Shown in pieces: positions 1-10,054 of a stretch of DNA of 64,000 nucleotides (position 1 is the stretch's first letter; each line of letters starts with the position of its first letter). Below the pieces are notes generated by a model that saw only the letters and a list, made by a program, of their open reading frames with translations, did not search any database and had not been told where the DNA came from. Source of the DNA: Nitrospinales bacterium (GTDB lineage: Bacteria > Nitrospinota > Nitrospinia > Nitrospinales > VA-1); contig CBDCXL010000002.1 in assembly GCA_965223795.1 (NCBI GenBank), positions 706,596 through 770,595 on the forward strand. Reading direction: 5' to 3'. Made by a program: the position numbers and the translations under genes.

Positions 1-1
1 G

Positions 2-673
2 CGCGCCAAGGCGATCACCTTCGGCATCGACGCACCGGCGGACGTGCGCGCGGAGGACATCGCGCCGAGGCAATCGGGCGGATTCGATTTCACGGTGCGG
101 CTGAAAAAGGAACGGTTCCCGGTCATCCTGCCCTTTCTCGGCCACTGCAATATCTACAACGCGCTGGCGGCGCTGGCGGCGGGACATTCTCTGGGGATCG
201 AACCGCAGGCGATGAGCCGCGGGCTGGCGGGCGTGAAGCTGCTTTCGCAGCGGCACGAAGTTCTCAAGCACGACGCGCGCACCATCATCAACGACGCCTA
301 CAACGCCAATCCAAGCTCGATGCGCGAAGCGCTGGCGACGCTGGCGGGGATGCCGGTACAAGGCCGGCGGTTCCTGGTGATCGGCGACATGCTGGAGCTG
401 GGCGACCTGTCCCGCAAGGCGCACACCGAGCTGGGGCGCGACATCGCCCGGCAGCCGATCGACGTGCTGGTGACGGTGGGCGAGCTGGCCTCCCTCGCCG
501 CCGAAGGCGCGGCCTCGGAAGGCATGGACAAGGAGCGCGTGCTGGCGCTCGAAAGCCGCCACGATGCGGCGGAATACCTCAAACGCAACACCCGCCCCGG
601 CGACTGCCTTCTGGTCAAGGGGTCGCGCGGGTCGGCAATGGAAGACGTCATCCGTGAGTTCATGGAGGCGTGA
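2..673 (+). CDS. murF: UDP-N-acetylmuramoyl-tripeptide--D-Ala-D-Ala ligase, 5' end outside window
   Basis: INDAYNANPSSM, GDMLELG and LVKGSRG motifs; directly upstream of mraY. Confidence 0.95.
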   Translation, partial: RAKAITFGIDAPADVRAEDIAPRQSGGFDFTVRLKKERFPVILPFLGHCNIYNALAALAAGHSLGIEPQAMSRGLAGVKLLSQRHEVLKHDARTIINDAYNANPSSMREALATLAGMPVQGRRFLVIGDMLELGDLSRKAHTELGRDIARQPIDVLVTVGELASLAAEGAASEGMDKERVLALESRHDAAEYLKRNTRPGDCLLVKGSRGSAMEDVIREFMEA

Positions 674-689
674 CCTCCGGGAAGAAGCG

Positions 690-1775
690 ATGTTTTATCA
701 CATTTTTTATCCTCTCAGTTCGGACTATTCGATCTTCAACGTGTTCCGCTACATCACGTTCCGTTCCGCCTATTCCGGACTGACGGCGCTGGGGCTCAGC
801 CTCATCCTGGGAACGTTCATGATCCGCATGCTGCAGAAATACCAGATCGGGGAAAAGATCCGCGAGCACGGACCGGAACAGCACCACCTGAAATCGGGCA
901 CGCCGACCATGGGCGGCATCCTCATCATCGTCACCTGCCTGACGGCGACGCTGCTTTGGGCCAACCTCTCCAATCCCTACATCTGGCTGCTCGTTTTCGC
1001 AACGATCGGGTTCGGGGCCATCGGTTTTTTCGACGACTTCATCAAGCTCAAAAGCGGCGACGGGCTGACGGTGAAAACCAAACTGCTGCTGCAGACTGTG
1101 CTGGCGGCGGTGATCGCGGTGTACCTGGTGTACTACGATCCGAGCCGCGCCGAGTACGCCACGCGGCTCTCGGTGCCGTTCTTCAAGCAGTTCCAGCCGG
1201 ACCTCGGACTCGGCTACATCGTGTTCATCATTTTCATCATCGTGGGCACGTCCAACGCGGTGAACCTGACGGACGGACTCGACGGGCTGGCCATCGGCCC
1301 GATCATCATCGCCACCCTCACCTACACGGGCATCGTCTATGTGTGCGGGCATTTCAAATTCGCCGAATACCTCGGCATCCAGTACATCCGCGAGGCCGGA
1401 GAAACGGCGGTGCTGAGTTCGGCGGTGCTGGGCGCGAGCCTGGGATTCCTCTGGTACAACTCCTATCCCGCGCAGGTGTTCATGGGCGACGTCGGCTCGC
1501 TGTCGCTCGGCGGGCTGTTAGGAACCATCGCGGTGATCGCCAAGCACGAACTGCTGCTCATTTTAGTGGGCGGCATCTTCGTCATCGAGGCGCTTTCCGT
1601 GATCATTCAGGTCGGCTATTTCAAATACACCAAGGGCAAACGTTTTTTCAAAATGGCGCCGCTGCACCACCATTTCGAAAAGTCGGGATGGTCGGAACCG
1701 AAAGTCATCGTGCGCTTCTGGATCGTCGCCATCGTGCTGGCGATGATCAGCCTCAGCACATTGAAACTGAGATGA
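690..1775 (+). CDS. mraY: Phospho-N-acetylmuramoyl-pentapeptide transferase
   Basis: KSGTPTMGG, NAVNLTDGLDGLA, VFMGDVGS and MAPLHHHFE motifs; ATG at 690 chosen over the longer ORF start. Confidence 0.97.
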   Translation: MFYHIFYPLSSDYSIFNVFRYITFRSAYSGLTALGLSLILGTFMIRMLQKYQIGEKIREHGPEQHHLKSGTPTMGGILIIVTCLTATLLWANLSNPYIWLLVFATIGFGAIGFFDDFIKLKSGDGLTVKTKLLLQTVLAAVIAVYLVYYDPSRAEYATRLSVPFFKQFQPDLGLGYIVFIIFIIVGTSNAVNLTDGLDGLAIGPIIIATLTYTGIVYVCGHFKFAEYLGIQYIREAGETAVLSSAVLGASLGFLWYNSYPAQVFMGDVGSLSLGGLLGTIAVIAKHELLLILVGGIFVIEALSVIIQVGYFKYTKGKRFFKMAPLHHHFEKSGWSEPKVIVRFWIVAIVLAMISLSTLKLR

Positions 1776-3112
1776 ACCTGGACCTTGAAAACAAAAAATT
1801 CACGGTGATCGGCCTGGGACGCTCGGGCATCGCGGCGGCGCACTTTCTTCACGAACGCGGCGCGCGGGTGACGATCCTCGAGCAGCGGCCGCAATCGGCC
1901 TTTCCCAGACCGCGCCCGGCGCTCGATCCGGCCATCGACGTCCGCTTCGGCAGCGACGCGCTGCCCGAGGACACGGAGGCCGTCATCCTGAGCCCCGGCG
2001 TGGACATCGAGGCGCCGTTTCTCGATCCGGCGCGGCAGCGCGGCATCCCGCTGTGGAGCGAGATCGAGCTCGCCTCCCGGTTCACGGCCTGCCCGATCAT
2101 CGCGGTCACGGGAACGAACGGCAAATCGACCTGCTGCACGCTGATCGCCGAGATCCTGCGCGCCGCCGGGAAAACCGCGCGGCTGGGGGGCAACATCGGC
2201 ACCCCCGCGGTCTCGCTGGTGAACGAAGGGCCGGCGGATTACGCGGTGCTGGAAATTTCGAGCTTTCAACTGGAAGCGGTGGAAACCTTCAAGCCCTGGA
2301 TCAGCGTCGTGCTCAACGTGACACCCGATCACCTGGACCGGCACAAGACCATCGACCGCTACTCGGAGCTCAAGGGCCGCATCGCCATGAACCAGACAGC
2401 ACAGGATTACATGATCCTCAACCACGACGAGCCGCGCACCCGCAGCCTGGGCGCGGGCAAGCCGGTGCGCCAGGTGCACTTCAGCCCGACCGCCGAACTG
2501 CAGTCCGGCGCGTTTCTCAGGCAGGGAGAATTGTGGGTGCGCTGGGCGGGCGATGAATACGCCATCTGCGGCGTGCGCGAGCTGGCGCGGACCATGCAGT
2601 GGCAGCTGGAAAACATCCTCGCGGCCACGGCGGCGGTCACCGTCGCCGGCATCGACGCGGCCCCGCTGGCCGAGACGCTCAAAAGCTTCAAGGGCATGGC
2701 GCACAGAATGGAATGGGTGCGCACGGTGGAAGGCGTCGATTACATCAACGATTCGAAAGGCACCAACGTCGGCGCCGTGCAGAAATCGCTCAGCGTGTTC
2801 GACCGGCCGGTCATCCTCATCGCCGGGGGAAAGGACAAGGCCACGGATTTTCTGCCGCTCAAGCCGGTGCTCAAGCGCAAGGTGAAACATCTCATTTTGA
2901 TCGGGGAAACCCGGCGCAAGTTCCGCGAAACCCTGAACGGCTCTTTCAGCTATGAAGAAGCGGACAGCCTGGAAACGGCCGTCCACCAAGCGATGACCAA
3001 AGCACAGGCTGGCGACGTGGTGCTGCTCTCGCCCGCCTGCGCCAGTTTCGACATGTTCAAAAGCTACGAAGAACGGGGCGATAAATTCAAGTCGCTGGTA
3101 AAGCAACTTTGA
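1772..3112 (+). CDS. murD: UDP-N-acetylmuramoyl-L-alanine--D-glutamate ligase
   Basis: GLGRSG, AVTGTNGKST, EISSFQLE, INDSKGTN and LSPACASFD motifs; ATGA overlap with the mraY stop. Confidence 0.97.
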   Translation: MNLDLENKKFTVIGLGRSGIAAAHFLHERGARVTILEQRPQSAFPRPRPALDPAIDVRFGSDALPEDTEAVILSPGVDIEAPFLDPARQRGIPLWSEIELASRFTACPIIAVTGTNGKSTCCTLIAEILRAAGKTARLGGNIGTPAVSLVNEGPADYAVLEISSFQLEAVETFKPWISVVLNVTPDHLDRHKTIDRYSELKGRIAMNQTAQDYMILNHDEPRTRSLGAGKPVRQVHFSPTAELQSGAFLRQGELWVRWAGDEYAICGVRELARTMQWQLENILAATAAVTVAGIDAAPLAETLKSFKGMAHRMEWVRTVEGVDYINDSKGTNVGAVQKSLSVFDRPVILIAGGKDKATDFLPLKPVLKRKVKHLILIGETRRKFRETLNGSFSYEEADSLETAVHQAMTKAQAGDVVLLSPACASFDMFKSYEERGDKFKSLVKQL

Positions 3113-3163
3113 GGCAACACGGTCCATGATACTCAATCCTTATCTCTGCAACGCGAGGCGAAT

Positions 3164-4276
3164 GTGAGCGCATCGGCACAACGGCACCACCACAGTGACG
3201 CCATCCTGTGCATCACGGTGGCCGCCCTCATCCTGACCGGCATCGTCATGGTGTACAGCGCCAGCGCGGTGTACGCGATGGAGGAGCACAACGATTCGTT
3301 CTACTTTCTCAAGCGCCAGTTTTTGTGGCTGGTGCTCGGCCTGGGAACGCTGTGGGCGGCGAAGCAGCTCGATTACAGAAGGTGGGAAGAGTACACCTAC
3401 CCGATCATGATCGTCACGCTCCTGCTTTTGTGCCTCATCATGGTTCCGGGTCTCGGCCGCGAGATGGGCGGGGCGCGGCGCTGGATCTCGATCGGCGGAT
3501 TCTCGTTTCAGCCTTCGGAGCTGGCCAAGTTCACGCTCATCCTGTTCATCGCCAAATCGGTGGTGAAGCGGGCGGACAAGCTGAAAAACTTCGCCTACGG
3601 CTACCTGCCCAACCTGATCGTGCTGTCGGTGTTTTTCGTGCTGATCCTGTTTCAGCCGGATTTCGGCACCGCCATGATCATCTGCACGGTCACGCTGGCG
3701 ATGCTGTTCATCGCGGGCGTGCGCAAACGCTATCTGTTTTTGTCGGTCGTCGCGGTGCTGCCGTTTCTGGTGTCGGCGATCGTCAGCGCCGAGTATAGGC
3801 TGCGGCGCATCCAGGCGTTCATCGACCCGTGGAGCGACCCGTCGGACACGGGGTTTCAGGCCATCCAGTCGTTTTACGCGTTCGGCCGCGGCGGCTTTCT
3901 CGGCCTGGGGCTGGGCGACAGCAACCAGAAACTGTTTTATCTGCCCGAAGCGCACACGGATTTCATCTTTTCGGTGATCGGCGAAGAGCTGGGGTTCGTC
4001 GGAGCCATGGCCATCGTGATCCTGTTCATCGTGCTGGTCTGGCGCGGCTTTGTCACTGCGTACAGAGCGCCGGACCCGTTCGGCGCGCATCTGGGGATCG
4101 GTCTGACGCTGCTGCTCGGCGTGCAGGCCTTCGTCAACATGGGCGTGGCGGTGGGCATCCTGCCGACCAAGGGACTCACCCTGCCCTTCATCAGCATGGG
4201 CGGTTCGTCGATGGTGGTCTCGATGCTGTGCGTCGGGGTGCTGCTGAATATTTCCGAACAATCCAGCCGCCATTGA
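3164..4276 (+). CDS. ftsW: SEDS family peptidoglycan glycosyltransferase FtsW
   Basis: GARRWI, FQPSELAK, QPDFGT and LPEAHTDFIF motifs; dcw context. Confidence 0.96.
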   Translation: MSASAQRHHHSDAILCITVAALILTGIVMVYSASAVYAMEEHNDSFYFLKRQFLWLVLGLGTLWAAKQLDYRRWEEYTYPIMIVTLLLLCLIMVPGLGREMGGARRWISIGGFSFQPSELAKFTLILFIAKSVVKRADKLKNFAYGYLPNLIVLSVFFVLILFQPDFGTAMIICTVTLAMLFIAGVRKRYLFLSVVAVLPFLVSAIVSAEYRLRRIQAFIDPWSDPSDTGFQAIQSFYAFGRGGFLGLGLGDSNQKLFYLPEAHTDFIFSVIGEELGFVGAMAIVILFIVLVWRGFVTAYRAPDPFGAHLGIGLTLLLGVQAFVNMGVAVGILPTKGLTLPFISMGGSSMVVSMLCVGVLLNISEQSSRH

Positions 4277-4285
4277 TGGGACGCC

Positions 4286-5422
4286 ATGTCGAAATCCATC
4301 GTGATCGCCGGAGGGGGAACGGGAGGCCATCTGTACCCGGGCATCGCTCTGGCGCGGGCTTTGAAAAACTTTGACGCTGCTATGGACATCACTTTCGTGG
4401 GCACCAAACGGGGAATCGAAGCGCGGGTCCTTCCCAAAGAGGGATTCGCGTTGAAGACGATCGACGCCGGCGGCCTGCTGGAAAAAAAATGGAGCGACCG
4501 GCTGGTTTCCTCTTACCGGCTGCTCAAGGGCATCGGCCAGTCGCTCGTGTTCCTGAAGGAGAAACGGCCCGGCCTGGTGGTGGGCGTGGGCGGCTACGTG
4601 TCGGCGCCGCTGGTGTTCGCGGCCTGGCTGTCGCGCATCCCCATTCTGCTGCACGAACAGAATTCCCTGCCCGGCTCCACCAACCGCTGGCTGGGAAAGC
4701 TGGCGGACAAGATCGCGGTGTCGTTTCCGGGATCGGAGCGCTACTTCCCCATCCACAAGGTGGTGGAAACCGGCAACATGATCCGCGAGGAGTTTTCCCG
4801 CACCGATGCCGAACCCGCGGCCGCGACGCCGTTCCGCATTCTGGTGCTGGGCGGTTCGCAGGGGGCGCGGTCGATCAACGCAGCGATGACCGATGCGCTC
4901 AGGGTGCTCAGGAAAAAACGCGACGCGATCCACATCGTGCACCAGACCGGCGAGAAGGATCACCATTGGGTGAGCAAGAAGTACCAGGAAAGCGGGATCT
5001 CCCACGACGTCCTGCCGTTCATCGACGACATGGGCTCGCAGTACAAAAAGGCGTCGCTGATCGTCTCGCGCGCGGGCGCCACGACGCTGGCGGAGATCAC
5101 CGCCGGCGGTAAAACCGCGCTGCTCATCCCGTTTCCCTATGCCGCCGCGAACCACCAGGAGCACAACGCGCGCGTGCTGGTGGAAGCGAACGCGGGCCGG
5201 ATGATCCGCGATCCGGAGCTGACGGGAACCGGGCTGGCGCACGCGATCCTCAAATTCATCGACGAGCCGGAAACGCTCAAGGAAATGGGACAAAATTCGC
5301 GCCGGCTGGGAAAACCGCAGGCCACGCAAAGCGTACTCAAGATGTGCCTCGATCTTTTGAACCACAGGAACGGAACGGTCCACTCCAATGGGAACGACGC
5401 CCGTGCATTGTCATGTTTTTAG
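4286..5422 (+). CDS. murG: Undecaprenyl-PP-MurNAc-pentapeptide GlcNAc transferase
   Basis: GGGTGGHLYPG, HEQNS, GGSQGA and HQEHNA motifs. Confidence 0.97.
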   Translation: MSKSIVIAGGGTGGHLYPGIALARALKNFDAAMDITFVGTKRGIEARVLPKEGFALKTIDAGGLLEKKWSDRLVSSYRLLKGIGQSLVFLKEKRPGLVVGVGGYVSAPLVFAAWLSRIPILLHEQNSLPGSTNRWLGKLADKIAVSFPGSERYFPIHKVVETGNMIREEFSRTDAEPAAATPFRILVLGGSQGARSINAAMTDALRVLRKKRDAIHIVHQTGEKDHHWVSKKYQESGISHDVLPFIDDMGSQYKKASLIVSRAGATTLAEITAGGKTALLIPFPYAAANHQEHNARVLVEANAGRMIRDPELTGTGLAHAILKFIDEPETLKEMGQNSRRLGKPQATQSVLKMCLDLLNHRNGTVHSNGNDARALSCF

Positions 5423-6831
5423 GAAAAACCAAGCAGATCCATTTCATCGGGATCGGAGGTTCGGGAATGAGCGGCATCGCTGAAGTTCTGATCAACCAGG
5501 GGTTCGCCGTGACGGGATCGGACCGCAGCCGTTCCGAGGTGACCGAGCACCTGGAGCAGCTGGGAGCGACGATCCGCTACCGGCACGCGGGCGAAAACGT
5601 GGAAGGCGCGCAGGTGGTGGTGGCTTCCAGCGCGATCCAGCCCGACAACCTGGAGGTGAAGGCGGCGCGCGAGAACCTGATCCCCGTGATCCCGCGGGCG
5701 GAGATGCTGGCGGAACTGATGCGCATGAAGCACGGCATCGCGATCGCCGGGACGCACGGCAAAACCACGACGACGTCCCTGGTAGCCACGGTGCTGGGCG
5801 GCGGCGGGCTCGACCCGACGGTGGTGATCGGCGGACGGTTCAAGAGTTTCAGCGGGCTCGCCAAGCTCGGCCAGAGCGAGTTCATGGTGGCCGAGGCGGA
5901 CGAGAGCGACGGCTCGTTTCTCAAGCTGTCGCCCACCTTCGCGGTGGTGACGACGCTGGACGAGGAACACATGGACCACTACGGCACGCTGGACGGCATC
6001 AAGGAGGCGTTTTTGACGTTCATCAACAAGGTTCCGTTTTACGGCGCGTCGATCCTGTGCCTGGACGATCCCAACATCCAGTCGCTGATCCCGCATATCG
6101 AAAAACGCACCATCACCTACGGCCTCACCAGCCAGGCCGATTACACGGCGCGCTCGATCTCCATCGAGGGGCTCAAGACCTATTTCACGGTGTACCACCA
6201 GGGACGGGAACTGGGCCGGGTTCACTCGGGCGCGCTCGGGCAGCACAATGTGCTGAACACGCTCGCCGCGGTGGCCGTGGGCATGGAACTCAACCTGGAA
6301 TTTTCCAGCATCGCCCGTTCGCTGGAGGCGTTCACCGGGGTGCGGCGGCGATTCGAGATCGTGCACCAGTCCGAGTCGCTGACGCTGGTGGACGACTACG
6401 GCCACCACCCGGTGGAAATCAAGGCGACGCTGAAAACCGCGAAGGACGTGTGGCCCGACCGCAACCTGATCGCCGTCTTTCAACCGCACCGCTTTTCCCG
6501 CACGCACCACCTGATGGATCAGTTTTTCCAGGCGTTCAACGATGCGGATCATCTGATCGTCATCGACATCTATCCCGCCGGGGAGGCCCCCATCGAAGGC
6601 GTCCATTCGCGCAAGCTGGCGGAGGGGACGCGGGAGTCCGGCCACAAACGAGTCGACTACATCGAGGACCGCAACGGCGTGGTGCCGCACCTGTTGAACG
6701 TGCTCAAGCCCAACGATGTGGTCATGACGCTCGGAGCCGGAAACGTGTGGGAGCTGAACCGACATCTGCTTGCCAATCTTCCCGAATCGGGATTCAACTT
6801 ACCATCCAGAGAGGATCCTTCCCTATGTTGA
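5413..6831 (+). CDS. murC: UDP-N-acetylmuramate--L-alanine ligase
   Basis: IHFIGIGGSGMSG, AGTHGKTTT, EADESDGSF and DDYGHHP motifs; ATG at 5413 overlaps the murG end. Confidence 0.97.
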   Translation: MFLGKTKQIHFIGIGGSGMSGIAEVLINQGFAVTGSDRSRSEVTEHLEQLGATIRYRHAGENVEGAQVVVASSAIQPDNLEVKAARENLIPVIPRAEMLAELMRMKHGIAIAGTHGKTTTTSLVATVLGGGGLDPTVVIGGRFKSFSGLAKLGQSEFMVAEADESDGSFLKLSPTFAVVTTLDEEHMDHYGTLDGIKEAFLTFINKVPFYGASILCLDDPNIQSLIPHIEKRTITYGLTSQADYTARSISIEGLKTYFTVYHQGRELGRVHSGALGQHNVLNTLAAVAVGMELNLEFSSIARSLEAFTGVRRRFEIVHQSESLTLVDDYGHHPVEIKATLKTAKDVWPDRNLIAVFQPHRFSRTHHLMDQFFQAFNDADHLIVIDIYPAGEAPIEGVHSRKLAEGTRESGHKRVDYIEDRNGVVPHLLNVLKPNDVVMTLGAGNVWELNRHLLANLPESGFNLPSREDPSLC

Positions 6832-7877
6832 GCGAACCATGGAAACGGAAACTGATCAATTTTACTCATTCCGGAATGGGTCAGCGGCTGCCGATCAAGA
6901 CCCAGCTGGATTTACCGAAAACCGTCTTGGGACGCAAACTACGACAGAGCCAGACCATGAGCCAAACCCTCCCCTGGATTCACAAGATCAAAGGTGAAGT
7001 GCGACGCGACGAGATGATGTCGGCGCACACGTCCATCCGCATCGGCGGGCCGGCGGACTATTTCGTCCTGCCCCGGGACCTCACGGACCTGCAGAGGATC
7101 TTCAGGCACCGAAGCGGCACGCCTCTGTTCATTTTGGGCGAAGGCACCAACCTGCTGGTGGGCGACAAGGGCATCCGCGGGGTGGTGATTTCTCTGAAGG
7201 ACAGCTTCAAGAACATCCGCAAACCGGTCTTCTCGGATGCCGGGGACGCGGCGCGGGTGAAGGCGGGCGCCGGGGTGAAGCTTTCCTACCTTGCGAAATA
7301 CGTGGGCAAGTACGGACTGACGGGAATCGAGCATCTGGTCGGCATCCCCGGATCGGTGGGCGGCGCGGTGATCATGAACGCCGGCGCCGAGGGCACCGAG
7401 ATCGGGCCGTTCATCAAAAGCGTGACGGTGGTGACGCCCGAGGGCGCCCTGGAAACCCTGTCCGGCGAGGAAATCGTGTTCAAGTACCGGAAATCGGTGT
7501 TTCCCTCGGAGGTGGGGGTCATTATCGAGGCGGAACTGGAACTGAAAAAGGGAGACATGGCGGCCATTCACAAAAAGATGGAAAGCCACCTGAGCAACCG
7601 CAGCGCCAAGCAGCCGCTGACCATCCCCAATTCCGGCTCCATTTTCAAAAATCCACCCGGCGACACGGCGGGACGGCTGATCGAGGCGGCGGGGCTCAAG
7701 GGACACACGATCGGCGAGGCGGGCATTTCGCTCAAGCACGCGAACTTCATCGTCAACAAGGGCGAGGCCTCGGCGGGCGATGTGCTGCAGCTGATCACGC
7801 ATGTCAAAGAGGTGGTGGAGGAAAAATCGGGCGTGCGTCTGGAAGCGGAGATCGTCATCATCGGCGACCAGGCATGA
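6825..7877 (+). CDS. murB: UDP-N-acetylenolpyruvoylglucosamine reductase (start either 6825 or 6957)
   Basis: HTSIRIGGPA, GIPGSVGGAVIMNAGA, GSIFKNP and KHANFIVN motifs; ATG 6825 has a GAGGA SD and overlaps the murC stop. Confidence 0.93.
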   Translation: MLSEPWKRKLINFTHSGMGQRLPIKTQLDLPKTVLGRKLRQSQTMSQTLPWIHKIKGEVRRDEMMSAHTSIRIGGPADYFVLPRDLTDLQRIFRHRSGTPLFILGEGTNLLVGDKGIRGVVISLKDSFKNIRKPVFSDAGDAARVKAGAGVKLSYLAKYVGKYGLTGIEHLVGIPGSVGGAVIMNAGAEGTEIGPFIKSVTVVTPEGALETLSGEEIVFKYRKSVFPSEVGVIIEAELELKKGDMAAIHKKMESHLSNRSAKQPLTIPNSGSIFKNPPGDTAGRLIEAAGLKGHTIGEAGISLKHANFIVNKGEASAGDVLQLITHVKEVVEEKSGVRLEAEIVIIGDQA

Positions 7878-7915
7878 AGACGCGTTTTTCTCAATGAATG
7901 TGAAGGGAGTGGTTC

Positions 7916-7985
7916 AGGTCCGCCACAAAGGCACCCCTCCTTCCTTTGTCTCCGGCCTTTCGCCCGAAGGCCGGAGAGCGGACCT
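7916..7985. other. Candidate structured element (three-way junction) between murB and ddl
   Basis: Three perfect nested stems: 7916-7923/7978-7985, 7925-7931/7943-7949 and 7950-7959/7967-7976. Confidence 0.5.
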
Positions 7986-8051
7986 TAAGGTTTTACTTTA
8001 AGCATTGGGCCGCCGGTTGATCCGGCCCGTTTCGATGAAAGGCTAAGTGCG

Positions 8052-8969
8052 TTGCAGGAGCTTAAGGGAAAAAAGATCGCGGTTCTCATGGGTGGCCTTT
8101 CCCCGGAGCGGGAAGTTTCGCTGGTCACCGGCCGCTCGGTTCTGGACGCGGCGAAAAAGAAAGGGCTGAACGCGGTGGGCGTCGACGTGGACCGGGACAT
8201 CGCCGTCCGCCTTAAGCAGGAGAAATTCGACCTCGCGTTCATCGCCCTGCACGGCAATTTCGGCGAGGACGGCACCGTTCAGGGCCTGCTGGAATACGCG
8301 GGCATCCCCTACACCGGCGCGGGCGTTCTGGGTTCGGCGCTGGCGTACGACAAGGTGAAATCGAAGGAGGTGTTCGCGATGCACGGCATCCCCTCGGCGG
8401 AGTACCAGGTGCTGCATAGCAACGGCGGGCCCGCAAGGAGGATCCTGGACCTTCCCGTGGTCGTCAAGCCCTCCAACCAGGGCTCGAGCCTGGGGATCAG
8501 CGTGGTGAAAGAGGAAAGCCAGTGGCAGTCCGCTCTCGACGACGCCTTCAAGTATGGCGACGAGGTGGTGGCGGAGCGGTTCATCGAAGGAAAGCTGCTG
8601 GCCATCGGCATGAACGGGACTTCGCCCCTGCCGGTGGTGCACATCGAGCCCAAGTCCGGTTTTTACGATTATGAGGCCAAATACACGAAGGGAAAAACCC
8701 TCTACCACTGCCCGGCGGCGTTGACGCAGGAGGAAACGCGCACCTGCCAGGACACGGCGTTGCGGGTGTATCACGCGCTCAAGGGACGCGGCCTGCCGCG
8801 GGTGGACGTGATCCTCGATCCGGCGGGCGTGCCCTACGTTCTGGAGATGAACACGATCCCCGGATTGACTCCGACCAGCCTGCTGCCGATGGCGGCGCGC
8901 GAAGCGGGCATTGAATTTGAGGACCTGGTGGTGACGATTTTGAACACGGCGCAGCTCGACAATCCGTGA
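8052..8969 (+). CDS. ddl: D-alanine--D-alanine ligase
   Basis: GGLSPEREVSL, HGNFGEDG, FYDYEAKY and LEMNTIPG motifs; TTG start. Confidence 0.96.
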   Translation: MQELKGKKIAVLMGGLSPEREVSLVTGRSVLDAAKKKGLNAVGVDVDRDIAVRLKQEKFDLAFIALHGNFGEDGTVQGLLEYAGIPYTGAGVLGSALAYDKVKSKEVFAMHGIPSAEYQVLHSNGGPARRILDLPVVVKPSNQGSSLGISVVKEESQWQSALDDAFKYGDEVVAERFIEGKLLAIGMNGTSPLPVVHIEPKSGFYDYEAKYTKGKTLYHCPAALTQEETRTCQDTALRVYHALKGRGLPRVDVILDPAGVPYVLEMNTIPGLTPTSLLPMAAREAGIEFEDLVVTILNTAQLDNP

Positions 8970-9113
8970 ACAAGCCACCTCAAAGTGAAACTTCGTGCAG
9001 GTGTTCAAGCGATGAAAATTATCTTGTTAAAAAATTTTTCAGCAAATGCTCTTTAAATGTCCATCGTGCAATGAAAATATTTTCAATGCGTAACGCAAGG
9101 GAATGAGCACACC

Positions 9114-10037
9114 ATGAACTACGTTCTCACAGGACATAAAAATCCGGTTCAGGCCTGGCAGGAATTCCGTTCGCCAAAAAAGCGTAAGTCCAATAAAGGA
9201 AGCGGCTCCAGAAAAAGCGGCGCGGCGTTCAACGGAATCTCCCGGCTCAACACGGCAATTAGATCGTTGATAAATTTACTAACTAAATTTATTATAGTTA
9301 CAGCATTTTTTTACGGAATTTATGCCGGATACCAATTTCTCACCACGTCTTCTCGCTTCGCCGTTTCCACAATTTCTTTCACGGGCAATGCCAAACTCAA
9401 GAACGAGGAATTGCTCAAATGGACAGGGACCGTCACCGGTGAAAATATTTTCCTGCTCGATCTCTCGCACGTTTCCGAACGCCTGGCCCAGCACCCCTGG
9501 ATCCAAAGCGCGTCGGTGCGCAAATCGTTTCCGCAGACCCTCAGGATCGAACTGGTGGAGCGCACGCCGTACGCGCGCGTCGAGCTGGACCGCATGTACG
9601 TGATGGACAACTTCGGGGTTCTTCTCGCCGAAGCGGGCGATACGGACGGCGATCTGCCGTTGATCTCGCTGCCGGGCGCCGGTTCCGGCAGACCGGGGAA
9701 AACGGTGGACGATGCCGAGGCGGAAGTGATCCAGAGTCTCAAGACGATGCACTATTTCAACCGTCTGCCCTTTTTTGCGGACAACGCCATCCATTCGGTG
9801 GAGATCGAGAAAAATGCCCGCATCACGCTGTTCGACAAGGACCGCGACATGCGGATCTACCTGACCGGAGACACGCTGAAAGAAAGCTTCGAGAATTTCA
9901 GCGTGGTGCTGGATCTGATCGAAGGCACGGTGGCGGACATCGAGTACATCGACATGACCAGCCGCAACCGGGTCGCCGTCAAACACAAGGAAAACATCGC
10001 TTCCGCCAAAGCGCAGCGCAATGCCTCGAAAACCTGA
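9114..10037 (+). CDS. ftsQ: Cell division protein FtsQ/DivIB
   Basis: Single TM helix, then a POTRA-like region (HPWIQSASVRKSFPQTLRIELVER) and C-terminal YIDM; lies between ddl and ftsA. Confidence 0.9.
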   Translation: MNYVLTGHKNPVQAWQEFRSPKKRKSNKGSGSRKSGAAFNGISRLNTAIRSLINLLTKFIIVTAFFYGIYAGYQFLTTSSRFAVSTISFTGNAKLKNEELLKWTGTVTGENIFLLDLSHVSERLAQHPWIQSASVRKSFPQTLRIELVERTPYARVELDRMYVMDNFGVLLAEAGDTDGDLPLISLPGAGSGRPGKTVDDAEAEVIQSLKTMHYFNRLPFFADNAIHSVEIEKNARITLFDKDRDMRIYLTGDTLKESFENFSVVLDLIEGTVADIEYIDMTSRNRVAVKHKENIASAKAQRNASKT

Positions 10038-10054
10038 TCTGAAGAAAGGAGTGC

